Part shown: positions 22,356 to 35,059 of the stretch, piece by piece | How positions within the stretch are numbered: position 1 is the stretch's first letter | Layout of the letters: every line of letters starts with the position of its first letter | NCBI GenBank assembly: GCA_976551045.1 | Contig: CDPCPM010000259.1 | Span: 372,001 to 436,000 of the forward strand | Origin: Glaucostegus cemiculus | Lineage: Eukaryota | Reading direction: 5' to 3' | DNA: 64,000 nt | The notes under the pieces: generated by a model | What the model was told of the DNA's origin: nothing | The model's input: the letters and a program-made list of their open reading frames with translations, nothing else | The model's database searches: none | Position numbers and translations under genes: made by a program

Positions 22356-22602
22356 TAATTGGTAATTGGTTCATTATTATCACAGATACAATGAAAACTT
22401 TGTTTTGCATGCCATCCAGACAGATTATTCCAAACATAAGTGTATTGAGGTAGTACAAGAGGAAAAGCAATAACCGAATGCAGAATATAGTGTTACAGTT
22501 ACGGAGAAAGTGCAGTGCAGGTAGACAGTATGGTGCAAGGGGTATGAAGAGGCAGATTGAGAGATCAAGTATTCATCCTTATTGCAAAAGAGGTCCGTTC
22601 AA
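22356..22602 (-). mobile_element. Rex1/Babar 3'UTR fragment
   Basis: Reverse complement of the 28920-29160 3'UTR type (GAATGCAGAATATAGTGTTACAG..AGAAAGTGCAG). Confidence 0.75.
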
Positions 22603-22687
22603 GATTCAAGCTAGTGTCCACCTGCTTAATCTCAGAATTTTAATCTCTCTCCGCATTTTACTCTTAAGCATTTCATTTCATACTTCC

Positions 22688-23028
22688 CTAGAAGGAAGGC
22701 ATTTGGCCCACTGGGTCTATTCCAGTTCTCAAAGCAATTCATAAATCCTATTGCCCCACTTATTTCCTATTCTATCTCACATGCCTATCAACTTTTTCCT
22801 GATTCTCCTAAGGCCTAGCTACATTAGGGGTAACCTACAGTGGTCAAGTTACTTACCAACAAGTTTTGGAATTTTGGAGGAAACGGAAGCACCCGATGGA
22901 AACCCACACAGTTACAGAAAGAAAATGCAAACACCACACAGACAACACCATAGGTCAGGGTTGAACCTGGGTCACTGAAGCTGGAGATGTGTGACACCGG
23001 CACTATCTGCTACACCACTGTACTGACC
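22688..23028 (-). mobile_element. HE1-like V-SINE
   Basis: GGAGGAAACGGAAGCACCCGATGGAAACCCACACAG..GTTGAACCTGGGTCACTG..CTACACCACTG. Confidence 0.8.
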
Positions 23029-24959
23029 ATCTGTTTCTACAGTTTCCTGTTTACTTGAATCCTGTATCGCCACTCTTCCGGAGCACTCTGTTTCATGTAC
23101 TCATCTCCACCTGTGCATGTGGCCTATAATCTAAATGGTCTATTTGCCTCCTCTACATTGAGGGTGTATGAACTGTGCTGAATAGATAAATGGGAACTTC
23201 TTACATGATAGTAACATAAATCTTATGCCCAGAAGGTGCTGAGTTTTCAATCTCCAGTACCTTGCTGGGAGCAGTGGGCTTGCTGTGGTACAGGTTATCA
23301 CTTTTCTGGGATGTATTTTCTGATGAGACACTGAAAGAATTCAGGCTGCATTTGGGTCTTTAATACCAGTTTTGTAAAACTTTTATTGACTGGTGAATGT
23401 AGAAAGTGATGGATGTGAAAAGGGAGCAACAGCAATACCAAGGAGTTCACATTGGCAAGTGTTGAGCCCCTATCTTCTGAATAAAGTAGGTATAAAGGCA
23501 ACAAGTTCAGCAGTGAATTAGCCTGTACCCATAGTGGCCACACTTTAGCTCAGTTCTTCGTGTTTATTTTCCAGATATCAGTGGCAACTTCCCAAAATAA
23601 CCTTAGAACCTCTAAATGTCAACAAGGAGTCCAACACCCGAGAACACTAGAATAAAGATGCTGTGGTCACTTTATAGCTATCTTGATTGGGCTGTCTCAG
23701 TCCTCCAACTTCATCCATTCATCTCCATTCAATCTGTTTGGATTTACCTTCACCACACAATCCAATAAGCCCAGCCAACATCATTGGAAAATGGACAATG
23801 AACAGGAGTTGCCAATTCATCCAAATTACAATGAGGCCCAAGGGTCAGACTTAAGGCAGTCTCAATCCACTTGCTGGACTGCACACTATCAGCACCTACA
23901 TGGTTACAGACCCAATGTAGCCATTAGCCAATTGGTCCTTTACCATTTTCTACCCCAATGTGTCAGCACTGAGTGCTCCTGAGAGAGATGCAGCATTACC
24001 CAGATAAAGAATGAAGTTTTCTCTGCTCGTCTGGAAATTCAGATGTGTTGTCCTGCTTTGTTTGCAGCAAGTACCTAAAAATCAATTTCTTACTCAGTGC
24101 TGAATGGATGGAAACACAATCAGCTGAAGTGCCACCTTGGAAATTCAACCAAGCACCTCTGGGTCTTGGACGTTGAAAATTCAACAGTTTATGGGTATGA
24201 TGTACATTTCTATCTTGCGATATGTTGCCATTTATTCAGTCAGCACAAATTACACCCCCTTGATGTAGGAAAGGTCACACAGGTTGACATTATTTCTCAT
24301 CATCCTTGGTTTTGAATCACTGCAAGGGAAATTAGACCAAGCTGTTCTGGGAGTGACCAACCTTGGACACTTCTGGGACATCTGGGTCTTCACAGTACTG
24401 GACCAGACTGGGACTCCACTAAAATACGATCTATATCTGCTTTTTATCCTTCAGATTCACTCCCACCCTAAAAAAACACTGCTCTGCCTCCTCCCATTCT
24501 TCAGTTTCTCACCTGGCCAATAATCTCAGCCATAAACTCTCAATCTCCCTCCTGACCTTCTGATTGGCCCTAACTCCCCAAGTTAATTCCAAACCAAGGT
24601 AATGTTCTGAAAACTTCAAAGCAAAAAAAAAACGGGAAGAATGTAAAACCAATTCCATACCACTGTGGCATGTTTCATCTGGTGGTGAAAATTCAGCCAG
24701 TCATGTTTCACCCATTATCTTGTTATATGGTGTATGGGGATGCAGTTCAGATTAAGAACATTAAAAGCATATGTGAAGTAGTCATGTGGATTAAAATATC
24801 ATGCAGAATATGTGTAACCTGTGTCTACTAGACATTAAACCTTGATAACTCAAGTGAGCAGCCAATTGCCTGATTATGAATTAGGATACATTCATACCTT
24901 CTTAGTCAAAAGCATAAGCCCAGAATACTGCCGTGCATTCCCTTTAGGTAATTTTTACA

Positions 24960-25170
24960 TTTGTTTTCAGGATCAGGACCACACTGGCAAGGCCAGCATT
25001 TATTGTCCATCCTGGGTTACCCTTGAGAAAGGGGGTGATGAGCTGCCTTCTTAAGCCACTCCAGGCTTTCTGTTGAGCCTCTTTCTGTGTTATACTTTTA
25101 TACAACTGGAGAGGGAAGCTAAGTGTGAGATTGGAGTCACACACAAGTCAGAGCAGGTAAAGACAGCAGC
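24960..25170 (-). mobile_element. tRNA-derived SINE 3' part (LINE-shared tail)
   Basis: CTGGCAAGGCCAGCATTTATTGTCCATCC..CCTTGAGAAAGGGGGTGATGAGCTGCCTTCTT..GGAGTCACACACAAG. Confidence 0.75.
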
Positions 25171-27249
25171 TTAGAAATTCTTCTGTACATTGCAATGCTT
25201 TTGCATACCGCATTAAGAAATTTAGTCTTAAACTTGACTGCATCATTTTATTCAAATCATGCAGTTTGCTAAAATTCTTCTCTGTGCATGTGACCAGCAG
25301 TTGCCATGAGGTCACAGAGTGTGCAGTTCACACAGTTTCGGTGCTCAAGTCATGTGGACCACTCACACTGAACCAAGTCTCAGCAAGACAGCTGGGATCT
25401 GCTTCAGCAATGAAGGGGACCAGCTTTATCTGTCCAGCTGAATCCATACATTATTAATTAGTTGCCCCACTCCACCTTCTGTACTCTGCCCCGAAATCCC
25501 CTTCCCTGGTCCTATCCCAACACGAGGTCCAATCGTCCACTCCTCTAGATATAGCATCCGACCCTCTGTTCCCACCCCAGGCTCTCAGTTCTTTTCCCCA
25601 ACATTCCATGACCTACCTGCCATTGGAAAAATGGTAAAGGAAAAACCACTAAGCATATTTTCACATACAAGGCTTGTCATTTGCTAATTGCCTTAAACCT
25701 AATATGCAATAGAATATTGCTGCAGGATGAGCCACATAATAAACTGGCATAGGGCCCTGTGCATCATCAGTTCAGCACATAGTTTGACGCACAAGAGAAT
25801 TTCTAAATCAGCAGGATTCCTTTCTCTTTCAATGCACCAAGCAATTTTTCATGATAAACAAAAATAAACAGTTATTTTCATGTTGCTAACTCTTCGTTCA
25901 GTCTATTTCCATTCTTTTAACCTGAAATCATATTTTCTAACTTCTATGATGGGATTTGACCTCGTAACCTCTGGTATATATCTCTAGGACTCTAAATTAT
26001 TAGTCCTGTAATATAAGCACTGCAATATCATAGCTTAATTTCAGAGGCACTGATGATTGAAGCTTGGATTCAAATGCTGTATAGCTTGGTCCTACTATGA
26101 GCAGTCCGTCTATCCACGGAGACCACTTAAATGAGTTTGTCCAGAAAACATAGAGCCTTTGTCTGAGGCTTACATATTGTTTTAATTCAGTCACTCTTAA
26201 TTTGCATTTAATTCAAACAAAGCAGCTGCTGAAAATACAGCAGAGTGATTCATTGCAGAGAGAAGTCAATGTAGAAATTAAAGGTGTCCATCTGGCTAGC
26301 AAGAATTGAGACTGAAAGCACTTCAGATTTAATCTGGACAAATGATGTGTGGCCAAGTGTATCTGATCCCTATTAAATCTCAAAGCATGTTGGAAACATG
26401 TCTTATACAGAGGCTGATGTGCACAAGGATACTGTCCCACAAATACCCTTGTTACAACATCTAAATGACCATATTCTTCAATTGTGATGCTAAACAGTGA
26501 GTGTCAGTTGGTTATCTGACCACAGAGGACATCACTCACTTATTTAATTGTGCAGTTTTCCAAGATCCATACCTTCTGATCTTGGTCGGCATATATTTTC
26601 TGGGGTGGGACGGATTTTCCCTGCATACCCTTTCCCTCAACTCTCCAACAGATTTGGAGATTTTTTTAAAATCTGTTTCTTCTCCCAAATGAGAGCAACT
26701 AACCTGGAAAGGAGGAGCCCAGGAGAAGGGATGAACATGGAGCCTGACTTGTCTCCAAGGTTCAACATCAGACCAATCAGCTCACTCCACCATCAGGGGT
26801 GCCTAAGCTTTGTTTGCACATCCAAGTGCTAAAATCTTCCTTGTTTATTACAGCAGTTAATCCATTCACTGGGCCTTTTGGGAAACACGATGTTTCAAGG
26901 GCAAGGTTGCTTGAGTAACATGCCTCATATTAAAGTGTTAGCAAGGAATGGAATAAATCCTGCATTGGTTGTGACTTGGGCTGTGAGATCTACAACAGGG
27001 AGGCTCCATTGAGATGTAAAGATGACTGATAATATGGTAATGTTATGACCCTCTGCTGTGTTATTACCCTCCACTGCTCTCTACCCAACTGTCTCTTATC
27101 TTACCCTGACAGTGCTAATAGAATATGCATAGCACTATTAGCATATTAGCTAATAGCACCCTCGAGGAGCAAAGCCATAAAACTTTAAGTAGAGATCAAA
27201 ACAGAAGGATGAAAAAAACAAGAACATTGTCATAGGGAAAAAAATCAGG

Positions 27250-27840
27250 GCCTGGGGCAATGTTTGCAGGAGCACATGTAGTCATAATTCCGATAATGCA
27301 AATAGAAAGAAAGTCCTTTTGAAAGCTGAAGTTGACAATAATTATTGTGGTTTGCTGGGTAGGCCTGTGCAATGAAAGAGAGACTGAACTCAGTTTTATG
27401 TTTTATGTTTTCGACCATAATTTTTGGAGTTGTAATTAGGATTTTTCATCAGTATGGGAGCTGGGACAGACCATAAAGCCCCCTCAGCTACGGCTGGATA
27501 GAAATTCTGAAGTGAAAGAAAGATTTGTCCTTTATCAAAGCTAACATTGGCCTTGATAGGGTGAATGTCATTGAAACTGTACATGCTGCAGGGCTAATTG
27601 GTTCATTAATTGGGCATCAAGTAAGCAGTCTGTGACCTGAACAGACATATTGTCTTTTAGAGCTGCTGGATTTAATCCAATGAACCAGGTGTTTTTTGTC
27701 TATTTTCCCGCTTGCTTCCTGCTTTTCTCTTTCTCCACAAGGGAAAGAGGAAAATGAACCCAAGGCTGGGTTATGAATTCCTGAAGGACAAGATCCAGGA
27801 ACAGGGAAGGAGGTAAACAAATCACCAGTGGATTAAAATA
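27250..27840. promoter_or_regulatory. Candidate conserved non-coding cluster
   Basis: Repeat-free; ATGCAAAT, TAATTAG, CTAATTGG, CATTAATTGG, TTTAATCC and GGATTA (K50-type) motifs. Confidence 0.45.
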
Positions 27841-27842
27841 AA

Positions 27843-28020
27843 GAAGACAGACCTGCATTTATAAAGTGCCTTTCTTGTTGGTGTTGGAAATTCCCAATAT
27901 ATTCTACACCAATTAAGTACTTCTGAAGTCCACTCACTGCGTCATGCAGGAAACGTGGTGGCTGACTAGTGCACAACTAGTTCCCATAAAACTGTAAGTA
28001 ACCAGTTAACACGTGTTTAG
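27843..28020 (-). mobile_element. Deu-domain SINE 3' part
   Basis: GACCTGCATTTATAAAGTGCCTTTC..AAGTACTTCTGAAGT..GGAAACGTGG. Confidence 0.7.
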
Positions 28021-28247
28021 GTGCTGCCAATGTTGTAGATTAACTCCTATCACAGGTAGAAAGTTATCTTTAAGAGTAAAGTTTTAAATGCCTTTATGGC
28101 TTCAAAATGGCGAGCTTAGCAACCATCAATTAAATCTCTTTGTGTAGGGCAGGATAGTGGGTCACCAACAGTTGTACACCTGGAAGTGTCTGTAAGGTGG
28201 TATCTAGCCATACTGGTCTCTTCCTGATCTTCTCTGTGCCAGTCATT

Positions 28248-28374
28248 ATAGAAGATAGAACATTACAGCACAGTAGAGGCCCTTCGCCCCACAATGTTGT
28301 GCTGACATTTTATCCTGTTCCAGGTTCTACCTAACCCTTTCCTCCCACATAGCTCCCCATTTCTCTATCATTCA
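28248..28374 (-). mobile_element. Short CR1 3' tail copy
   Basis: Near-identical to 17644-17778; ends at TCTCTATCATTCA. Confidence 0.85.
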
Positions 28375-28541
28375 GCAGCTGCTTCAGCTGTAAGGACAGG
28401 ATGAATGGAAGGAGGCATCCTCCATGATATAATCAGCAAGCCAGTAGGAGGTACTTTTCAGGCTGAGAATGCCAAATAGAATCTGGTTCCTTCTTTGTTT
28501 CTCTCTTATTTCCTTTCTTATTTCTCCAGACAGACACCCCA

Positions 28542-29450
28542 TTGAATGATTTGGCAATGAACACAGAACATAGAGCAAATCCTTCATCCTATGATATCTG
28601 TGCTGAACATGATGCCAGTTTAAACGAAACCCCTATCCAGATGCATCACGATTTGGTATGGCAACTGATCTGCCCGTGACTGCAAGAAACTGCAGAGAGT
28701 TGTGGACACAGCTCAGCACATCATGGAAACCAGCTTCCCCTTCACGACTTTGTCTACACTTCTCACTGCCCCGGTAAAGCAGTCAGCATAATCAAGGACC
28801 CACCTTCCCAGGACATTCCCTCTTCTCCCCTCACCCATCAGGCAGAAGATACAAAAGACTGAGAGCACATGCCACCAGGCTCAAGGACAGCTTCTATCTA
28901 CCGCTGTTATAAGACTATTGAACAGTTCTCTAGTACGATAAGATGGACTCTTGACCTCACAATCTACCTCATTATGACCTTGCACCTTATCTTCTACTTG
29001 CACTTTCTCTGCAGCTGTTACACTTTATTCTGCATTCTGTTATTGTTTTACCCTGTACTACATCAATGCACTGTGTAATGAATTGACCTGCATGAACGGT
29101 ATGCAAGACAAGATTTTCACTGTACCTTGGTACATGTGACAATAATAACCAATTCCAATTCCTATCTGCCTGCATGGTCTATATTCCTCCATTCCCTGCC
29201 GGTTCATGTGCTTATCTGAATGTCTCTTGAATGTTGTTACCTTTTCTGTTTCCTCCACCTCTCTTGGCAGCATGTTTCAGGCACCTACCACACTCTTGTG
29301 TAAAAAAAATTGCCTAGTACAGCTCCTTTAAACTTTCCCCCTTTCACCTTAAAACTTCACCGTCTAGTATTTGGCATATCCACCCTGGGAAAAAGATTCT
29401 GACTATAAACCCTATCTATGCCTCTCATCATTTTATATACTTCTGTCAGT
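28542..29450 (-). mobile_element. CR1 3' fragment split by a nested Rex1
   Basis: CR1 reverse tail 28542-28637 resumes at 29161 (CCTATCTGCCTGCATGG..GGCAGCATGTTTCAGGCACCTACCAC..). Confidence 0.8.
28638..29160 (+). mobile_element. Rex1/Babar 3' fragment nested in CR1
   Basis: Encodes CITIWYGN*SARDCKKLQRVVDTAQHIMET; tail AATAATAACCAATTCCAATT; flanked by a CCTATC direct repeat. Confidence 0.9.
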
Positions 29451-29729
29451 GAGCTGTCCAAATTCTTTCAATTTTTCATCAAGGGGGTAATGAGATAGAA
29501 ATTATTTAATTGAAAAGTACTTGTAAAAGGACAGTGTAAAATAATATGGGTGATCAACAGAGAAACAAGTTGACATGGATGGTTCAAGTTAGGTTTGCAA
29601 AGGTATTAGCTTGGTGAGCTGATTGGCTGCACTCTGCTCACCAGATCTAAATGAACTTGTAATAGGCCTTATTGACTGCTCTTCTTCCTAGGCTGTCACA
29701 GGTATGATGGGATCAAATTTAACTGGAAG

Positions 29730-29826
29730 ACAGACAACAAAAGAGACTGCTCATGCTGGAATCTAGAACAAAAAACAGTCAAGATGCTGTTTGACCCACT
29801 GAGTTCTTCCAGCATTTTGTTTTCTT
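29730..29826. mobile_element. Penelope-type inverted repeat, internally deleted
   Basis: AGAGACTGCTCATGCTGGAATCTAG..GATGCTGTTTGACCCACTGAGTTCTTCCAGCATTTTG. Confidence 0.7.
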
Positions 29827-30574
29827 TAATTGGAAGATATCTTGATCCGACTATCCTGTGGGACAAGGGCACTTATTGATTTTCTTCCTCCAGAAGTTTG
29901 GTTGGCAGCTTACACTGGGAAATATCCTCTTTTGATTCATACACCAAGTGCAGAAAGGAAGCCACCAGAGCACACAAACAATTATGGAAAAAATCACCAC
30001 AGAAAATTTTACAAGCTGACAATAATGTCTCAAAGAGGCAATTACATATAGTTCCAGGCAGACTGAGAGATGCATTGAAAAGCCAGTGAAGTGTGTGGAA
30101 TGGTCATCAAGACTTATTGGACTTATTCTCAAAGCTAAACACCATTATGTTCTCGAGATGCAAATGAGATTCTGGTTCCTATTTTGAAGTTACTGTTGTC
30201 TTAATTCTATTTCTCATTCCCATCAGTTCTTACTCTCCTCCCGTGACCACAGTAATTAGATCCAGTTCACAATCTTCTCCACTTTAACATTTGCTTCTCC
30301 TCAGCAGGAATTTTGAAGGGAATGGGGACAATGCAAAGCGTTTCAAAGTTGAGAAGTCTGCAAAGTAAAGGAGAAAAATACTCAGTATCTATTGGAAGAA
30401 TGTTCTGTCAGCTAAAGAGAACTGGCAACTGTTCTCCAGTTACAATTCACTCCCAATGGAAGGGGAAGTGAGAGAAACACCACATCATGCTGTAAATCAA
30501 TTAACTGTTAGCAAAGGTTTGAAAGAAAGAATTAAGGGAACTTCACTATGGTTTTGAGTTTATAATGGAGAATG

Positions 30575-30820
30575 ACTCCTCAGTGCGTTGTTGAGGCACC
30601 ACTGCACTGCCAATATTTGTCTTTCAACCAACATCACAAAACCATATTATCTGATTATCATTAAACTGCTATTTGTGAGGGCTTGCAGTGCAAAAATTAG
30701 TTGCCATGTTTCCCACATTACAGTAGCAACTATGGTACAAATATATAAAACTGACCACAGGGTACTCTGTGATACAGAGGACATTAATGCACTAAATAAA
30801 TACACATCTCTTTTGTTCAA
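30575..30820 (+). mobile_element. Deu-domain SINE 3' part
   Basis: GCCAATATTTGTCTTTCAACCAACATCAC..CTGCTATTTGTGAGGGCTTGC..TTTCCCACATTACAG. Confidence 0.75.
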
Positions 30821-30904
30821 TTAAATTGTTGAATAAATTGGGGCACCAACATGCATTCAGATAGCTGGGAAGGATTTACGGGCTACTTCAAGTGTTGGAA
30901 GAAG

Positions 30905-31090
30905 TACACTGGTCAATATTATTTCAACAGTGCCAAAATGTTGCTACCTTGCTACAATTTGTTATTTGTGGGATCTTGCTGTGCATTGTTGGCTAGATTC
31001 CAGCAGCCACCACAACTCTGAAATGCAATCCTTTGGTTATGTTGGACTTTAGAATGTGCTAAGGCCTTGAATGGCACTATACAAATAAAA
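30905..31090 (+). mobile_element. Deu-domain SINE 3' part
   Basis: TTTGTGGGATCTTGCTGTGCATTGTTGGCT..GAATGGCACTATACAAAT. Confidence 0.65.
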
Positions 31091-31094
31091 ATAC

Positions 31095-32340
31095 CTAATT
31101 CATGAAACATAACATTAAAAGAGACCTGCAGGGACTGGAAGACCTTTATTTTAATTTCCAAATCTTGTGACAGAAGGAAATAACTCAGGAAGAAAAAATG
31201 CCACAGCATAAAATAAAACATGACGCTCCTTCTGTTGTATGGCATTGAATTCCACGTATCTCCAGTGTTATTTTCAACCCCAGGCATAAAAAGAGTATCC
31301 TATAATCAAAGGTTCATGTCCCTTTAAGAGCGTTTAAAGTACACCAGCCAGAAATCCTGAACAGGCTGGTGTATTTATTAAGGGCCTATTTATTCCCTGA
31401 TGGCTACCAGGCTTTATCATTTAAATGGGAAAAAAAAGACAGAGAAATAATGGTATGAAAAATATACTGGCGAAAAGCTGGTGCTGCTGATAATGTGACC
31501 CTGGTTTTTTGTTGTGTCTCTCAATGTGTCCTCTGAGGTTACAGTGTAAAAATGGTCAGAGCAAGAAATTTAGAGCATGTTGGGGTCAGGGGCTGGGTCA
31601 GTGGGTGGCAGAACTCAGTAAATGATTCCCTCCCCAGGCTGTAATAATAGTAACTGTCAGGGAAAGGGAGCAGTCCCAGACAAAGCCAGCCCAACTAACT
31701 CCAGACGAAATAAGAAAATCATTGCCCGAGGGGACCTGTGTTCAAGATCTTGAACTGTGCTGAAGGTGGGCAGGCATACTGTTGTGCTTATTACAATCCA
31801 GCTCTCCCCCACCTCCCCCACCGCTACTTACCCCCCCCCAACTCTCTCTCTGCCCCTTAAGAATTGTAAAGGTGCAGTCACAAGCTCTGAGGACTGCCGC
31901 AGGGGAAAAGCTTAGAGTTTGTGGCAATTTTCTGCATCAAATGTTTTGATAATTAAGCAAAGCTGATCAAGAGAAAAACAACCAGTCTCCAGAGCTCAGA
32001 AAGCAAAGGCCCATAAAATGGAATATCCAGAAAATGCCAAAGGCTGCCTTAGCAGATTAATGATGCTCTAGTAATAGATTTTTCCCATGCAAACCGTTAA
32101 GAAGCAAGGTCTTAAAAAATGTGCAGGTGTATCAGAGAAGTGCCTACAGGTTGTGACTTTGGCCGCACTGCTAGCAAGAGCTAGAATTGCTCAACTGAAG
32201 CAGATGCAACCATTGGAACAAATGCAGCTAACATTTATAAAAGAAGAAATTGCAAGTTATTCATTAATTACTCAGTTAGAGCTCTGCTAATTCCCCTCCA
32301 TGCCAGATCTAAAGTAACTATTTGCGCATTATTCTTCCCA
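31095..32340. promoter_or_regulatory. Candidate conserved non-coding cluster
   Basis: About 1.2 kb repeat-free; TTTATTA, GATAATTAAG, GATTAATG, CATTAATTA and CTGTCA motifs; retained CpGs; internal inverted repeat at 31335-31377. Confidence 0.45.
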
Positions 32341-32734
32341 CCCCTTGATTACATAGGATATCCCTTTCTGTGTTATTGTTGTGTAGGCGTTAACCTGCTC
32401 ACTGAAAATGGGCTAACATCACGCAAGCGTGTATTGCACATATCCATGTTGTACTTCATATTAAACATCAGACAGAAATGGAATAAGTCACAGTTTTTCC
32501 CATCAACTCCCAAAGTGTCTTTTTCCACCACATATTTATATCAAGAAACTGTATTTCTAGTTATAGAACTAGCTGGTAATATTCTGCACCTTTGAAGAAC
32601 AGCTGCCTGTAAACATTTGCTTTTGTGTGTGATGTGCCATATTCAGCTTCCACCCACGGAATGCAGTGCCATTGTTTCATTACACACTTCTTTTTCATTG
32701 GCTTACCGTTTGGCGCAACCATCAATCTAAAATT

Positions 32735-33070
32735 TTCTGATTATTTTCGAATCCTTCTGTGGTCTTGTCCCACCCTATCTCTGAAACCTTGTACATGTCT
32801 ACAGTCCTCCGAGATCTCTAACCTTCTCTAATTTTGGCCTCTTGATTTTATCTATTTTTTAAAACGGCACCATTTAAAGCTGTGTTCAGATGCCTAGACC
32901 CTAAGTTCTGGAATCTCCTCTTTATGATTTGCCATCTCTCTACCCATTCTAAAACCAAATTGGCCACCTTTCTTAATTTCTCATCATATAGCTTGGTGTT
33001 AAAATTTGTCCCATTAAATTCATTAAGATATCTTACTATGTTAAAAATATTATATAAATGTCCAAAATGC
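32735..33070 (+). mobile_element. L2 LINE 3' fragment
   Basis: CCCTATCTCTGAAACCTT..TCCTCCGAGATCTC..TGCCTAGACCCTAAGTTCTGGAAT..TATATAAATG. Confidence 0.75.
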
Positions 33071-33194
33071 AGCTAACATTTGAAGTGCAATGCCGATAGC
33101 TCCGGTAGTAAACCTCCAGGACTTTGTAGCAACTGACCCAACTGCTGTAATTCAAAATATGGCACCTGTAAATCAAAAGGTACCAGAATAGTTT

Positions 33195-33430
33195 TTAATT
33201 AAGTAGCTCTTTTCACAACCTCAGGACACCCAACAGGCTTTTCAGCCAGTGAGGTACTTCTGGATCGGAGTTACTCCTGCAGTGACCAATGAGCACACAG
33301 CAATATTCCACCATTATGACCTTATAACATAGCATTACTGTTGTTGCTTAATGGACAGACATTAGTTAGAATATTGGCGAGGACTCTGCCTTTCTTCAAA
33401 ACTATGCTTTGGAATCCTTTACATCTCTTT
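33195..33430 (-). mobile_element. Deu-domain SINE, old
   Basis: TTTCACAACCTCAGGACACCCAA..CAGCCAGTGAGGTACTT..CTTCAAAACTATGC..ATCCTTTACATC. Confidence 0.65.
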
Positions 33431-33859
33431 TGAGGTCATTGATATTGCTATCCTGATTGGTCTGTTTATACTAATATTAATATTTAATATTATACATTTT
33501 ATAAAAGGTCATTTTCTAAAGATATATCACCAATGCTCATTTAGGAATGTGATTTTAATAATTAACTTTTTTTTCTAGCAATCAGCCTGTTCACTGTGTG
33601 ACTCACATAACATACTGTAGTTTATCTGTTTTCATGGACAATCTTCTTGTTAGCATGTTAAGAAAATGTTTGGTGAAAATCATAATACCATTGATATTAC
33701 CATGTTCCAGCAGCTTTGATGTGAATCTTGTTCTTCAGTGAAGAGCAAATTGTACAACGCTGAACTAGCAGTGTGATGTTGGTGTAAAAGTTTGGACCCA
33801 TACTTGGAGCAGGTGGACCAACTGTTGCTGCAGTTCCTCAGACAGCTCATTGGCAAAAC

Positions 33860-34625
33860 AGATGTAAGAACTAGGAGCAAGAGAAAGTCAAAGAGCCTTA
33901 CTGGCTGCACTGCCATTCAGTTATATCTTAATGCCTATCTCTGCCCTCACTCTCATTGTCCAACTATCTAATAATGTCAGTCTTGGTTATACTCAATGAC
34001 AGAGCTTCCAAATCCTTCTAAATGGGAAAGATTCCCTTTATCTCACTTCTACAAGGTCCACCTTTTATCCAGAGGCTCTTAGTTCCAGCCAGAGGAAACA
34101 ATCTCCCTCTTTCTACCTTGTCAAGTCCAATAGGAATTTTATATATTTTAATTCAATCACCTTTCTTTTCTTCAAAACCTCAAGAATATATACTCAATCT
34201 GGTCTCATTGGGCAACTCTCTTATCCCAGGAGGGTGTCTAATGGGCCTTCAAGCTCCATCTGTAGATAATTAGATCAAAACTTCATGGAATACTTCATAC
34301 AAAACAACTACAGCTCAATGGCACTATTCCTAACTTGTTTTTAAAGGCTAAGATACCATTTGCCTGCCTAGCTTTCTGGCATTTGTGAACAAGGACCTTC
34401 AAATCCAGCATATGAAGGGCAATATTCCTTACTTTCAAAATATTCTTTGATAAATATTCTACTTATCCATTCTTCCTGCCAAAATGGATTTAACTTCCCC
34501 ATATTTTATTCCTTGTCACTTTTCCCAACCACTTAGCAGCCTTGTTGCATCCTCCTCACGGTTTACCTTCTCACCTGGCTCTGTAACATCAGCAACCTTG
34601 CAAATGTTACATCCAGCCCCACCAT
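33860..34625 (-). mobile_element. Old CR1 LINE fragment
   Basis: CCAGCCAGAGGAAACAATCTC..TCTACCTTGTCAAGTCC..AAGGCTAAGATACCATTTGCC..ATCAGCAACCTTG, reverse ORF2; probably continues at 35385-35630. Confidence 0.7.
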
Positions 34626-34647
34626 CTAAGTCATTGACCTTAGAACT

Positions 34648-34900
34648 AAGATAAGGAGGAATTTCTTCAGCCAGAAGCTGGTGAATCTGTGTAACTTGTC
34701 GCCACAGAGGCCTGTTGAGGCCAAGTCATTGGGTGTATTTAAGGCAGAGATTGATTGGTTCTTGATTGGTAAGGGGGTTAACAAAAGGCAGGAGAATGGG
34801 GTTGAGAAAAGAAAAAAAATCAGCCACGACTGAATGGCAGAGGAGACTCCATGGGCCGAATGGCCCAATCCTGCTCTTATATCTTATGGTCTTATGGTCA
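34648..34900 (+). mobile_element. CR1 LINE 3' end, younger
   Basis: GAGGAATTTCTTCAGCCAGAAGCTGGTGAATCTGTG..GGGCCGAATGGCC..(TCTTATGG)n tail. Confidence 0.9.
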
Positions 34901-35059
34901 TTGTTAAAGTTCTTTAAAAAACTGATCCCCAAGCACTTTTCCTCATGGGACTCAACTGAATATATGCTGCTGTGGTTAAAATTACCAATTTATTACTTTT
35001 CTGTTCATTAACTAATCATTAATTAATACTAATATATTACCTGAGACTCCAAGAGTCCC

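Noticed and set aside
23316-23348. CTGATGA..GAAA hammerhead-like string
   Set aside because: No credible stems I or II; it resembles the Deu-like GATGAGAC core of an old SINE.
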